This document shows positions 13,101-25,924 of a stretch of DNA of 64,000 bases, piece by piece. Position numbers and translations under genes: made by a program. Origin of the DNA: Octopus sinensis (lineage: Eukaryota). Location of the stretch: the NCBI RefSeq assembly GCF_006345805.1, contig NC_043002.1:124001-188000 (forward strand). Reading direction: 5' to 3'. Position 1 is the stretch's first letter. Every line of letters begins with the position of its first letter. Below the pieces are notes generated by a model. It saw nothing but the letters and a program-made list of their open reading frames with translations. It was not told the origin of the DNA and did not search any database.

Positions 13101-16100
13101 AAAGTCCTGTTACATTCATTACAAAGTCCCGTTACATTCATTACAAAAGTCCTGTTACATTCATTACAAAAGTCCTGTTACATTCATTACAAAAGTCCCG
13201 TTACATTCATTACAAAAGTCCTGTTACATTCATTACAAAAGTCCTGTTACATTCATTACAAAAGTCCCGTGACGTTCATTACAAAAGTCCCGTGACATTC
13301 ATTACAAAAGTCCCGTTCCATTCATTACAAAAGTCCTGTTACATTCATTTACATTCATTACAAAAGTCCCGTGACATTCATTACAAATTCCCGTGACATT
13401 CATTACAAAAGTCCTGTTACATCCATTACAAAAGTCCTGTTACATCCATTACAAAAGGCCCGTTACATTCATTAAAAAAGTCCCGTTACATTCATTACAA
13501 AAGTCCCGTGACATTCATTACAAAAGTCCCATTACATTCATTACAAAAGTCCGTGACATTCATTACAAAAGTCCCGTTACATTCATTACAAAAGTCCTGT
13601 TACATTCATTACAAAAGTCCTGTTACATTCATTACAAAAGTCCTGTTACATTCATTACAAAAGTCCCGTGACGTTCATTACAAAAGTCCCGTGACATTCA
13701 TTACAAAAGTCCTGTTACATTCATTACAAAAGTCCCGTGACATTCATTACAAAAGTCCCTTGACATTCATTACAAAAGTCCCGTGACATTCATTACAAAA
13801 GTCCCGATACATTCATTACAAAAGTCCCGTGACATTCATTACAAAAGTCCCGTTACATTCATTACAAAAGTCCTGTTACATTCATTACAAAGTCCCGTTA
13901 CATTCATTACAAAAGTCCCGTGACACTCATTACAAAAGTCCCGTTACATTCATTACAAAAGTCCCGTTACATTCATTACAAAAGTCCCGTTACATTCATT
14001 ACAAAAGTCCCGTTACATTCATTACAAAAGTCCCGTTACATTCATTACAAAAGTCCCGTGACATTCATTACAAATTCCCGTGACATTCATTACAAAAGTC
14101 CTGTTACATCCATTACAAAAGTCCTGTTACATCCATTACAAAAGGCCCGTTACATTCATTACAAAAGTCCCGTTACATTCATTACAAAAGTCCCGTTACA
14201 TTCATTACAAAAGTCCCGTTACATTCATTACAAAAGTCCCGTTACATTCATTACAAAAGTCCCGTTACATTCATTACAAAAGTCCCGTTACATTCATTAC
14301 AAAAGTCTGTTACATTCATTACAAAAGTCCTGTTACATTCATTACAAAAGTCCTGTTACATTCATTACAAAAGTCCCGTGACATTCATTACAAAAGTCCC
14401 GTGACATTCATTACAAAAGTCCTGTTACATTCATTACAAAAGTCCCGTGACATTCATTACAAAAGTCCCTTGACATTCATTACAAAAGTCCCGTGACATT
14501 CATTACAAAAGTCCCGTTACATTCATTACAAAAGTCCCGTGACATTCATTACAAAAGTCCCGTTACATTCATTACAAAAGTCCTGTTACATTCATTACAA
14601 AAGTCCTTACATTCATTACAAAAGTCCATTACATTCATTACAAAAGTCCCGTACATTCATTACAAAAGTCCTCTTACATTCATTACAAAAGTCTGTTACA
14701 TTCATTACAAAAAGTCCCGTGACATTCATTACAAAAGTCCCGTGACATTCATTACAAAAGTCCCTTGACATTCATTACAAAAGTCCCGTGACATTCATTA
14801 CAAAAGTCCCGTTACATTCATTACAAAAGTCCCGTGACATTCATTACAAAAGTCCCGTTACATTCATTACAAAAGTCCTGTTACATTCATTACAAAAGTC
14901 CTGTTACATTCATTACAAAGTCCCATTACATTCATTACAAAAGTCCTGTTACATTCATTACAAAAGTCCTCTTACATTCATTACAAAAGTCCTCTTACAT
15001 TCATTACAAAAGTCCTGTTACATTCATTACAAAAGTCCCGTTACATTCATTACAAAAGTCCCGTTACATTCATTACAAAAGTCCCCGTTACTTCATTACA
15101 AAAGTCCTGTTACATTCATTACAAAAGTCCCGTGACATTCATTACAAAAGTCCCTTGACATTCATTTCAAAAGTCCCATGACATTCATTACAAAAGTCCC
15201 GATACATTCATTACAAAAGTCCCGATACATTCATTACAAAAGTCCCGTGACATTCATTACAAAAGTCCCGTTACATTCATTACAAAAGTCCTGTTACATT
15301 CATTACAAAGTCCCGTTACATTCATTACAAAAGTCCTGTTACATTCATTACAAAAGTCCTGTTACATTCATTACAAAAGTCCCGTTACATTCATTACAAA
15401 AGTCCTGTTACATTCATTACAAAAGTCCTGTTACATTCATTACAAAAGTCCCGTTACATTCATTACAAAAGTCCCGTTACATTCATTACAAAAGTCCCGT
15501 TACATTCATTACAAAAGTCCCGTGACATTCATTACAAAAGTCCCGTGACATTCATTACAAAAGTCCCGTGACATTCATTACAAAAGTCCCGTGACATTCA
15601 TTACAAAAGTCCCGTTACATTCATTACAAAAGTCCCGTTACATTCATTACAAAAGTCCCGTGACACTCATTACAAAAGTCCCGTTACATTCATTACAAAA
15701 GTCCCGTTACATTCATTACAAAAGTCCCGTTACATTCATTACAAAAGTCCCGTTACATTCATTACAAAAGTCCCGTTACATTCATTACAAAAGTCCCGTT
15801 ACATTCATTACAAAAGTCCCGTTACATTCATTACAAAAGTCCCGTGACATTCATTACAAATTCCCATGACATTCATTACAAAAGTCCTGTTACATTCATT
15901 ACAAAAGTCCCGTTACATTCATTACAAAAGCCCGTACATTCATACAAAAGTCCCGTTACATTCATTACAAAAGTCCCGTGACATTCATTACAAAAGTCCC
16001 ATTACATTCATTACAAAAGTCCTGTTACATTCATTACAAAAGTCCCGTTACATTCATTACAAAAGTCCCGTTACATTCATTACAAAAGTCCTGTTACATT

Positions 16101-19100
16101 CATTACAAAAGTCCTGTTACATTCATTACAAAGTCCCGTTACATTCATTACAAAAGTCCTGTTACATTCATTACAAAAGTCCTGTTACATTCATTACAAA
16201 AGTCCCGTTACATTCATTACAAAAGTCCTGTTACATTCATTACAAAAGTCCTGTTACATTCATTACAAAAGTCCCGTGACGTTCATTACAAAAGTCCCGT
16301 GACATTCATTACAAAAGTCCCGTTCCATTCATTACAAAAGTCCTGTTACATTCATTTACATTCATTACAAAAGTCCCGTGACATTCATTACAAATTCCCG
16401 TGACATTCATTACAAAAGTCCTGTTACATCCATTACAAAAGTCCTGTTACATCCATTACAAAAGGCCCGTTACATTCATTAAAAAAGTCCCGTTACATTC
16501 ATTACAAAAGTCCCGTGACATTCATTACAAAAGTCCCATTACATTCATTACAAAAGTCCTGTTACATTCATTACAAAAGTCCCGTTACATTCATTACAAA
16601 AGTCCTGTTACATTCATTACAAAAGTCCTGTTACATTCATTACAAAAGTCCTGTTACATTCATTACAAAAGTCCCGTGACGTTCATTACAAAAGTCCCGT
16701 GACATTCATTACAAAAGTCCTGTTACATTCATTACAAAAGTCCCGTGACATTCATTACAAAAGTCCCTTGACATTCATTACAAAAGTCCCGTGACATTCA
16801 TTACAAAAGTCCCGATACATTCATTACAAAAGTCCCGTGACATTCATTACAAAAGTCCCGTTACATTCATTACAAAAGTCCTGTTACATTCATTACAAAA
16901 GTCCGTTACATTCATTACAAAAGTCCTGTTACATTCATTACAAAAGTCCTGTTACATTCATTACAAAAGTCCCGTTACATTCATTACAAAAGTCCTGTTA
17001 CATTCATTACAAAAGTCCTGTTACATTCATTACAAAAGTCCCGTTACATTCATTACAAAAGTCCTGTTACATTCATTACAAAAGTCCCGTTACATTCATT
17101 ACAAAAGTCCCGTTACATTCATTACAAAAGTCCCGTGACATTCATTACAAAAGTCCCGTTACATTCATTACAAAAGTCCCGTGACACTCATTACAAAAGT
17201 CCCGTTACATTCATTACAAAAGTCCCGTTACATTCATTACAAAAGTCCCGTTACATTCATTACAAAAGTCCCGTTACATTCATTACAAAAGTCCCGTTAC
17301 ATTCATTACAAAAGTCCCGTGACATTCATTACAAATTCCCGTGACATTCATTACAAAAGTCCTGTTACATCCATTACAAAAGTCCTGTTACATCCATTAC
17401 AAAAGGCCCGTTACATTCATTACAAAAGTCCCGTTACATTCATTACAAAAGTCCCGTGACATTCATTACAAAAGTCCCGTTACATTCATTACAAAAGTCC
17501 TGTTACATTCATTACAACAGTCCCGTTACATTCATTACAAAAGTCCCGTTACATTCATTACAAAAGTCCTGTTACATTCATTACAAAAGTCCTGTTACAT
17601 TCATTACAAAAGTCCTGTTACATTCATTACAAAAGTCCCGTGACATTCATTACAAAAGTCCCGTGACATTCATTACAAAAGTCCTGTTACATTCATTACA
17701 AAAGTCCCGTGACATTCATTACAAAAGTCCCTTGACATTAATTACAAAAGTCCCGTGACATTCATTACAAAAGTCCCGTTACATTCATTACAAAAGTCCC
17801 GTGACGTTCATTACAAAAGTCCCGTTACATTCATTACAAAAGTCCTGTTACATTCATTACAAAGTCCCATTACATTCATTACAAAAGTCCTGTTACATTC
17901 ATTACAAAAGTCCTCTTACATTCATTACAAAAGTCCTCTTACATTCATTACAAAAGTCCCGTGACATTCATTACAAAAGTCCCGTGACATTCATTACAAA
18001 AGTCCTGTTACATTCATTACAAAAGTCCCGTGACATTCATTACAAAAGTCCCTTGACATTAATTACAAAAGTCCCGTGACATTCATTACAAAAGTCCCGT
18101 TACATTCATTACAAAAGTCCCGTGACATTCATTACAAAAGTCCCGTTACATTCATTACAAAAGTCCTGTTACATTCATTACAAAGTCCCGTTACATTCAT
18201 TACAAAAGTCCTGTTACATTCATTACAAAAGTCCTGTTACATTCATTACAGAAGTCCCGTTACATTCATTACAGAAGTCCCGTTACATTCATTACAAAAG
18301 TCCTCTTACATCCATTACAAAAGTCCTGTTACATCCATTACAAAAGGCCCGTTACATTCATTACAAAAGTCCCGTGACATTCATTACAAAAGTCCCGTGA
18401 CGTTCATTACAAAAGTCCTGTTACATTCATTACAAAAGTCCCGTGACATTCATTACAAAAGTCCCTTGACATTCATTTCAAAAGTCCCATGACATTCATT
18501 ACAAAAGTCCCGATACATTCATTACAAAAGTCCCGTGACATTCATTACAAAAGTCCCGTTACATTCATTACAAAAGTCCTGTTACATTCATTACAAAGTC
18601 CCGTTACATTCATTACAAAAGTCCTGTTACATTCATTACAAAAGTCCTGTTACATTCATTACAAAAGTCCCGTTACATTCATTACAAAAGTCCTGTTACA
18701 TTCATTACAAAAGTCCTGTTACATTCATTACAAAAGTCCCGTTACATTCATTACAAAAGTCCCGTTACATTCATTACAAAAGTCCCGTTACATTCATTAC
18801 AAAAGGCCCGTTACATTCATTACAAAAGTCCCGTGACATTCATTACAAAAGTCCCATTACATTCATTACAAAAGTCCTGTTACATTCATTACAAAAGTCC
18901 CGTTACATTCATTACAAAAGTCCCGTTACATTCATTACAAAAGTCCTGTTACATTCATTACAAAAGTCCTGTTACATTCATTACAAAGTCCCGTTACATT
19001 CATTACAAAAGTCCTGTTACATTCATTACAAACGTCCTGTTACATTCATTACAAAAGTCCCATGACATTCATTACAATAGTCCCATGACATTCATAACAA

Positions 19101-22100
19101 AAGTCCCTTGACATTCATAACAAAAGTCCCGTGACATTCATTACAAAAGTCCCGTGACATTCATTACAAAAGTCCCGTTACATTCATTACAAAAGACCTG
19201 TTACATTCATTACAAAGTCCCGTTACATTCATTACAAAAGTCCTGTTACATTCATTACAAAAGTCCTGTTACATTCATTACAAAATTCCCGTTACATTCA
19301 TTACAAAAGTCCTGTTACATTCATTGCAAAAGTCCCGTTACATTCATTACAAAAGTCCCGTTACATTCATTACAAAAGTCCTGTTACATTCATTACAAAA
19401 GTCCCGTTACATTCATTACAAAAGTCCCGTGACATTCATTACAAAAGTCCCGTGACATTCATTACAAAAGTCCCGTGACATTCATTACAAAAGTCCTGTT
19501 ACATTCATTAAAAAGTCCCGTGACATTCATTACAAAAGTCCTGTTACATTCATTACAAATGTCCTGTTACATCCATTACAAAACTCCTGTTACATCCATT
19601 ACAAAAGTCCTGTTACATTCATTACAAAAGTCCCGTTACATTCATTACAAAAGTCCCGTTACATTCATTACAAAAGTCCTGTTACATCCATTACAAAAGT
19701 CCCGTGACATTCGTTACAAAAGTCCCGTGACATTCGTTACAAAAGTCCCGTGACATTCATTACAAAAGTCCTGTTACATCCATTACAAAAGTCCCGTTAC
19801 ATCCATTACAAAAGTCCTGTTACATCCATTACAAAAGTCCCGTTACATTCATTACAAAAGTCCCGGGACATTCATTACAAAAGTCCCGTGACATTCAATA
19901 CAAAATTCCTGTTACATTCGTTACAAAAGTCCTGTTACATCCCTTACAAAAGTCCCGTTACATTCATTACAAAAGTCCTGTTACATCCATTACAAAAGTC
20001 CCGTGACATTCGTTACAAAAGTCCCGTGACATTCATTACAAAAGTCCTGTTACATCCATTACAAAAGTCCTGTTACATCCATTACAAAAGGCCCGTTACA
20101 TTCATTACAAAAGTCCCGTTACATTCATTACAAAAGTCCCGTGACATTCATTACAAAAGTCCCATTACATTCATTACAAAAGTCCTGTTACATTCATTAC
20201 AAAAGTCCCGTTACATTCATTACAAAAGTCCTGTTACATTCATTACAAAAGTCCTGTTACATTCATTACAAAAGTCCTGTTACATTCATTACAAAAGTCC
20301 CGTGACATTCATTACAAAAGTCCTGTTACATTCATTACAAAAGTCCTGTTACATTCATTACAAAAGTCCTGTTACATTCATTACAAAAGTCCCGTGACGT
20401 TCATTACAAAAGTCCCGTGACATTCATTACAAAAGTCCTGTTACATTCATTACAAAAGTCCCGTGACATTCATTACAAAAGTCCCTTGACATTCATTACA
20501 AAAGTCCCGTGACATTCATTACAAAAGTCCCGATACATTCATTACAAAAGTCCCGTGACATTCATTACAAAAGTCCTGTTACATTCATTACGAAGTCCCG
20601 TTACATTCATTACAAAAGTCCTGTTACATTCATTACAAAAGTCCTGTTACATTCATTACAAAAGTCCCATTACATTCATTACAAAAGTCCTGTTACATTC
20701 ATTACAAAAGTCCTGTTACATTCATTACAAAAGTCCCGTTACATTCATTACAAAAGTCCCGTTACATTCATTACAAAAGTCCTGTTACATTCATTACAAA
20801 AGTCCCGTTACATTCATTACAAAAGTCCCGTTACATTCATTACAAAAGTATCGTGACATTCATTACAAAAGTCCCGTTACATTCATTACAAAAGTCCCGT
20901 TACATTCATTACAAAAGTCCCGTGACACTCATTACAAAAGTCCCGTACATTCATTACAAAAGTCCGTTACATTCATTACAAAAGTCCGTTACATTCATTA
21001 CTTCAAAAGTCCCGTTACATTCATTACAAAAGTCCCGTTACATTCATTACAAAAGTCCAGTTACATTCATTACAAAAGTCCCGTGACATTCATTACAAAT
21101 TCCCGTGACATTCATTACAAAAGTCCTGTTACATCCATTACAAAAGTCCTGTTACATCCATTACAAAAGGCCCGTTACATTCATTAGAAAAGTCCCGTTA
21201 CATTCATTACAAAAGTCCCGTGACATTCATTACAAAAGTCCCATTACATTCATTACAAAAGTCCCGTTACATTCATTACAAAAGTCCTGTTACATTCATT
21301 ACAAAAGTCCCGTTACATTCATTACAAAAGTCCCGTTACATTCATTACAAAAGTCCTGTTACATTCATTACAAAAGTCCTGTTACATTCATTACAAAAGT
21401 CCTGTTACATTCATTACAAAAGTCCCGTGACATTCATTACAAAAGTCCCGTGACATTCATTACAAAAGTTCTGTTACATTCATTACAAAAGTCCCGTGAC
21501 ATTCATTACAAAAGTCCCTTGACATTAATTACAAAAGTCCCGTGACATTCATTACAAAAGTCCCGTTACATTCATTACAAAAGTCCCGTGACATTCATTA
21601 CAAAAGTCCCTTGACATTAATTACAAAAGTCCCGTGACATTCATTACAAAAGTCCCGTTACATTCATTACAAAAGTCCCGTTACATTCATTACAAAAGTC
21701 CTGTTACATTCATTTCAAAGTCCCGTTACATTCATTACAAAAGTCCTGTTACATTCATTACAAAAGTCCTGTTACATTCATTACAAAAGTCCTGTTACAT
21801 TCATTACAAAAGTCCCGTGACATTCATTACAAAAGTCCCGTGACATTCATTACAAAAGTCCCGTTACATTCATTACAAAAGTCCCGTGACATTCATTACA
21901 AAAGTCCCTTGACATTAATTACAAAAGTCCCGTGACATTCATTACAAAAGTCCCGTTACATTCATTACAAAAGTCCCGTGACATTCATTACAAAAGTCCC
22001 GTTACATTCATTACAAAAGTCCCGTTACATTCATTACAAAAGTCCAGTTACATTCATTACAAAAGTCCTGTTACATTCATTACAAAAGTCCTGTTACATT

Positions 22101-23748
22101 CATTACAGAAGTCCCGTTACATTCATTACAAAAGTCCCGTTACATCCATTACAAAAGTCCTGTTACATCCATTACAAAAGGCCCGTTACATTCATTACAA
22201 AAGTCCCGTTACATTCATTACAAAAGTCCCGTGACATTCATTACAAAAGTCCCGTGACATTCATTACAAAAGTCCTGTTACATTCATTACAAACGTCCTG
22301 TTACATTCATTACAAAAGTCCCATGACATTCATTACAAAAGTCCCTTGACATTCATTACAAAAGTCCCTTGACATTCATTACAAAAGTCCCGTGACATTC
22401 ATTACAAAAGTCCCGTTACATTCATTACAAAAGTCCCGTGACATTCATTACAAAAGTCCCGTTACATTCATTACAAAAGACCTGTTACATTCATTACAAA
22501 GTCCCGTTACATTCATTACAAAAGTCCTGTTACATTCATTACAAAAGTCCTGTTACATTCATTATAAAATTCCCGTTACATTCATTACAAAAGTCCTGTT
22601 ACATTCATTGCAAAAGTCCCGTTACATTCATTACAAAAGTCCCGTGACATTCATTACAAAAGTCCTGTTACATTCATTACAAAAGTCCCGTGACATTCAT
22701 TACAAAAGTCTCGTGACATTCATTACAAAAGTCCCGTGACATTCATTACAAAAGTCCTGTTACATTCATTACAAAAGTCCCGTGACATTCATTACTAAAG
22801 TCCTGTTACATTCATTACAAAAGTCCCGTGACATTCATTACAAATGTCCTGTTACATCCATTACAAAAGTCCTGTTACATTCATTACAAAAGTCCCGTGA
22901 CATTCATTACAAAAGTCCTGTGACATTCATTACAAAAGTCCTGTTACATTCATTACAAAAGTCCTGTTACATTCATTACAAAAGTCCCGTGACATTCATT
23001 ACAAAAGTCCCGTGACATTCATTACAAAAGTCCCGTGACATTCATTACAAAAGTCCTGTTACATTCATTACAAAAGTCCCGTGACATTCATTACAAAAGA
23101 CCCGTGACATTCATTACTAAAGTCCTGTTACATTCATTACAAAAGTCCCGTGACATTCATTACAAATGTCCTGTTACATCCATTACAAAACTCCTGTTAC
23201 ATCCATTACAAAAGTCCCGTTACATTCATTACAAAAGTCCTGTTACATCCATTACAAAAGTCCCGTGACATTCATTACAAAAGTCCCGTTACATTCATTA
23301 CAAAAGACCCGTTACATTCATTACAAAAGTCCCGTGACATTCATTACAAAAGTCCTGTTACATCCATTACAAAAGTCCTGTTACATTCATTACAAAACTC
23401 CCGTGACATTCATTACAAAAGTCCCGTGACATTCATTACAAAAGTCCTGTTACATTCATTACAAAAGTCCCGTGACATCCATTACAAAAGTCCCATGACA
23501 TCCATTACAAAAGTCCCGTGACATTCATTACAAAAGTCCCGTTACATTCATTACAAAAGTCCCATTACATCCATTACAAAAGTCCCATGACATTCATTAC
23601 AAAAGTCCTGTTACATCCATTACAAAAGTCCCGTGACATTCATTACAAAAGTCCTGTTACATTCATTACAAAAGTCCTGTTACATCCATTACAAAAGTCC
23701 CGTGACATTCATTACAAAAGTCCCGTGACATTCATTACAAAAGTCCTG
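10168..23748 (+). repeat. Satellite array of a 23-bp unit, ~590 copies, intronic
   Basis: Consensus ACATTCATTACAAAAGTCC(C/T)GT(T/G) repeated head to tail for ~13.6 kb with no inserted foreign sequence noticed. Confidence 0.98.
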
Positions 23749-23846
23749 AGAGATTCAATAATGTGATCCTGTTTGGTTATTTCTAGAATAACTAGGAACA
23801 GGAAATAATAATGTCTTCAGTTTATTGGGTGATTGTTATGCATTAA

Positions 23847-24060
23847 CCCTTTCGTTACCAACCTGGCTGAAGCCGGCTCTGAGTACAAATGTCTTGTCTT
23901 CATAAGTTTTGAATTGAAATCTTCCACCAAACCTTAGTCACAATTTATGTTCCTAACAGTAGCTTAAAGATAATTAAGTTATTTTACTAAATTCTTTGTG
24001 ATATTTAAAGTAATTGAAAGAAACACAAAGCATCTCAAAATAAATCCAGTAACGAAAGGG
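23847..24060. mobile_element. piggyBac-type MITE (214 bp)
   Basis: TTAA at 23843-23846 and 24061-24064; perfect 12-bp TIR CCCTTTCGTTAC / GTAACGAAAGGG; second copy at 28420-28639. Confidence 0.85.
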
Positions 24061-24454
24061 TTAATTATCACTCATTTTGCCACTACAATGTAGCTTAGTC
24101 AATGCTGCTTAAATATTTTTTTTCAGAAATAGTTCTTTAATGTTCAGAAAGTTTTGCATCCTTGATTATTCATATAAACACAAAGCCACAATTAATAGGG
24201 GGTAGGCAGAATCAGTTGTGCTGATCTACTAAATATCTGCTACTTTATCATTTCAGGGAGATAAAAGACTAAGTCAGACTTTGTGGGGTTTCAACGTAAA
24301 TATAACAGAACTAAATGAAAGGCTTTAGTTGTTCTGCCACTTTCCTGCTTTTAATGCTTCAAATTGGTGTTTCCTTCAGTTTGTTTCAATAAAGGGTAAT
24401 TGTTAATTATTCCTCCTACAATTATTTAACTTGCAAATGTTTTTATTTTTACAG

Positions 24455-24563
24455 GAAATACAAGAAGCCATCAAAAACTGGAAGCAATTTTACTGATCCT
24501 GCCGAATTAAGAAGCAGTAAAAAAGTGGACGACAAAGGCATTGACATGAGCAATGTAAAAGCT
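24455..24563 (+). CDS. Internal exon D: stop-transfer and cytoplasmic tail (R-KYKKPSKTGSNFTDPAELRSSKKVDDKGIDMSNVKA)
   Basis: Acceptor tttttatttttacAG, donor GTaagt; phase 2 to 0; gives basic RKYKK directly after the TM helix. Confidence 0.85.
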
Positions 24564-24829
24564 GTAAGTTCCATCTTGCTACATAACATTCCCTATTTTG
24601 CTTTTATTTTCTTAAATGTAAGAAATTTGTAGTCTGAGATTGTTCAAATATATATTTTTATCGATACTGTTTATTTGTGCAACTTATGAGGTTGAACATA
24701 TTGCCTTCAAGTGGAACTGGGATATTCGTTAGTGTGACTGAAGCAAATTCAGGAACAAAAAAATTATTTGCAATTGCAAAACTAAACACTGACTTGTTTG
24801 AAATTAATCGCTGTCAGTGCAATGTGAGA

Positions 24830-25005
24830 AGCAGTCGTGCTGACGCCACACCAGCACCATGTACAGAACACTTATACTGGTGCCCTGTAATCGCATAAGT
24901 GGCACTTGTGTCAGCACCACATAAATATCACCCAGCACACTCTGTAAAGTGGTTGGCACTAGGAAGGGCATCTGGCTGTAGAAACTTTGCCAGAACAAAC
25001 TCTGA
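24830..25005 (+). mobile_element. Degenerate fragment of RTE-tailed SINE
   Basis: cccagcacactctgtaaagtggttggcactaggaagggcatctggctgtagaaac matches the shared tail body. Confidence 0.65.
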
Positions 25006-25029
25006 GAACTAATTACTCCAAGTTCCAAA

Positions 25030-25785
25030 CAGAAAAGAGTAGTGAATTACCATTTTATGGGATGTGTGGCAAAAAATTAAATGGTTTCACATATTGTGAA
25101 CGAGTGTAGCAAAATTAGCTGAAAAGGAATACAAAAGGTGACATGGTAACATAGTGCCATCTGTTCATTGGAAATTGTGTGAAAAGTACAATCTTGAAAT
25201 GACATTGAAATTATATAAGATCTTGTGGAATTTTTCAATCTTGTGTGAATCAGGGATTACTGCCCTGTGATCTGCCCTGTAGTTGATAAAATGAGGATGG
25301 AAACCAAAATCATAAATATTCTTTTGTACTCTAGGCACAAGGTCTGAAATTTTGGGGGAGGGGACCAGTCAATTAGATCGACCCTAGTACACAACTGGAA
25401 CTTACTTTATCGACTCCAAAAGGATGAAAGGCAAAGTTGACCTTGGCAGAATTTGAACTCAGAAGACAGATGGAATACCGCTAAGCATTTTGCCCAGCAT
25501 GCTAATGCTTCTGCCAGCTCGCCGCCTTCAAAATCATAAATATTGCTATACCTGGGAAACTATGAGTGGATGATGAAGAACTGGAAAATATTGAGAAGTG
25601 CAAGCCACTAAAAAATGAGGTTTCACAAATGTGGTTAATGGAGAAAGTAATTGTTATCTCAGTAGTTGTAGGGGTACTGGGAACATTAACAACTAGATTT
25701 GAGAAAGTTGTTGGAGAATTAGGGACTGACGTGAGGGTAGAACATACTCAGAAAACTGCTTTGCTGCATTATGAGATCTAGGAAA
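25030..25785 (+). mobile_element. Old R4/Dong-like RLE LINE 3' fragment interrupted by a SINE
   Basis: Frameshifted remnants SHIVNECSK.AEKEYK, VHWKLCEKYNLE, IINIAIPG..DDEELENIEK.KPLK.EVSQMW..VVVGVLG..QKTALL parallel the RLE domain at 48391-49170. Confidence 0.7.
25321..25528 (-). mobile_element. Full-length tRNA-derived SINE with 16-bp target-site duplication
   Basis: TSD CAAAATCATAAATATT at 25305-25320 and 25529-25544; minus strand starts AAGGCGGCGAGCTGGCAGAA (A-box-like) and has GAGTTCAAATTC (B-box-like). Confidence 0.9.
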
Positions 25786-25924
25786 CACAACTAGATGTCA
25801 TAATGCAGGGAAACAGTTACATAACCAAACACCTGAGTCTAGAGAACTAAATTGCATGGAAACGATTGTAGGGATTTCAAATAAATGTCCAACTGCACTC
25901 AAAACTCGTATATGTATTATGTAT

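Noticed and set aside
10168-23748. Dozens of ORFs of the type FITKVPLHSLQKSRYIHYKSPVT; also a CRISPR-like or telomere-like look
   Set aside because: They are translations of a 23-bp unit (69-bp frame period) broken wherever GTGA falls in frame. There are no unique spacers, so it is not CRISPR, and the unit does not resemble TTAGGG.
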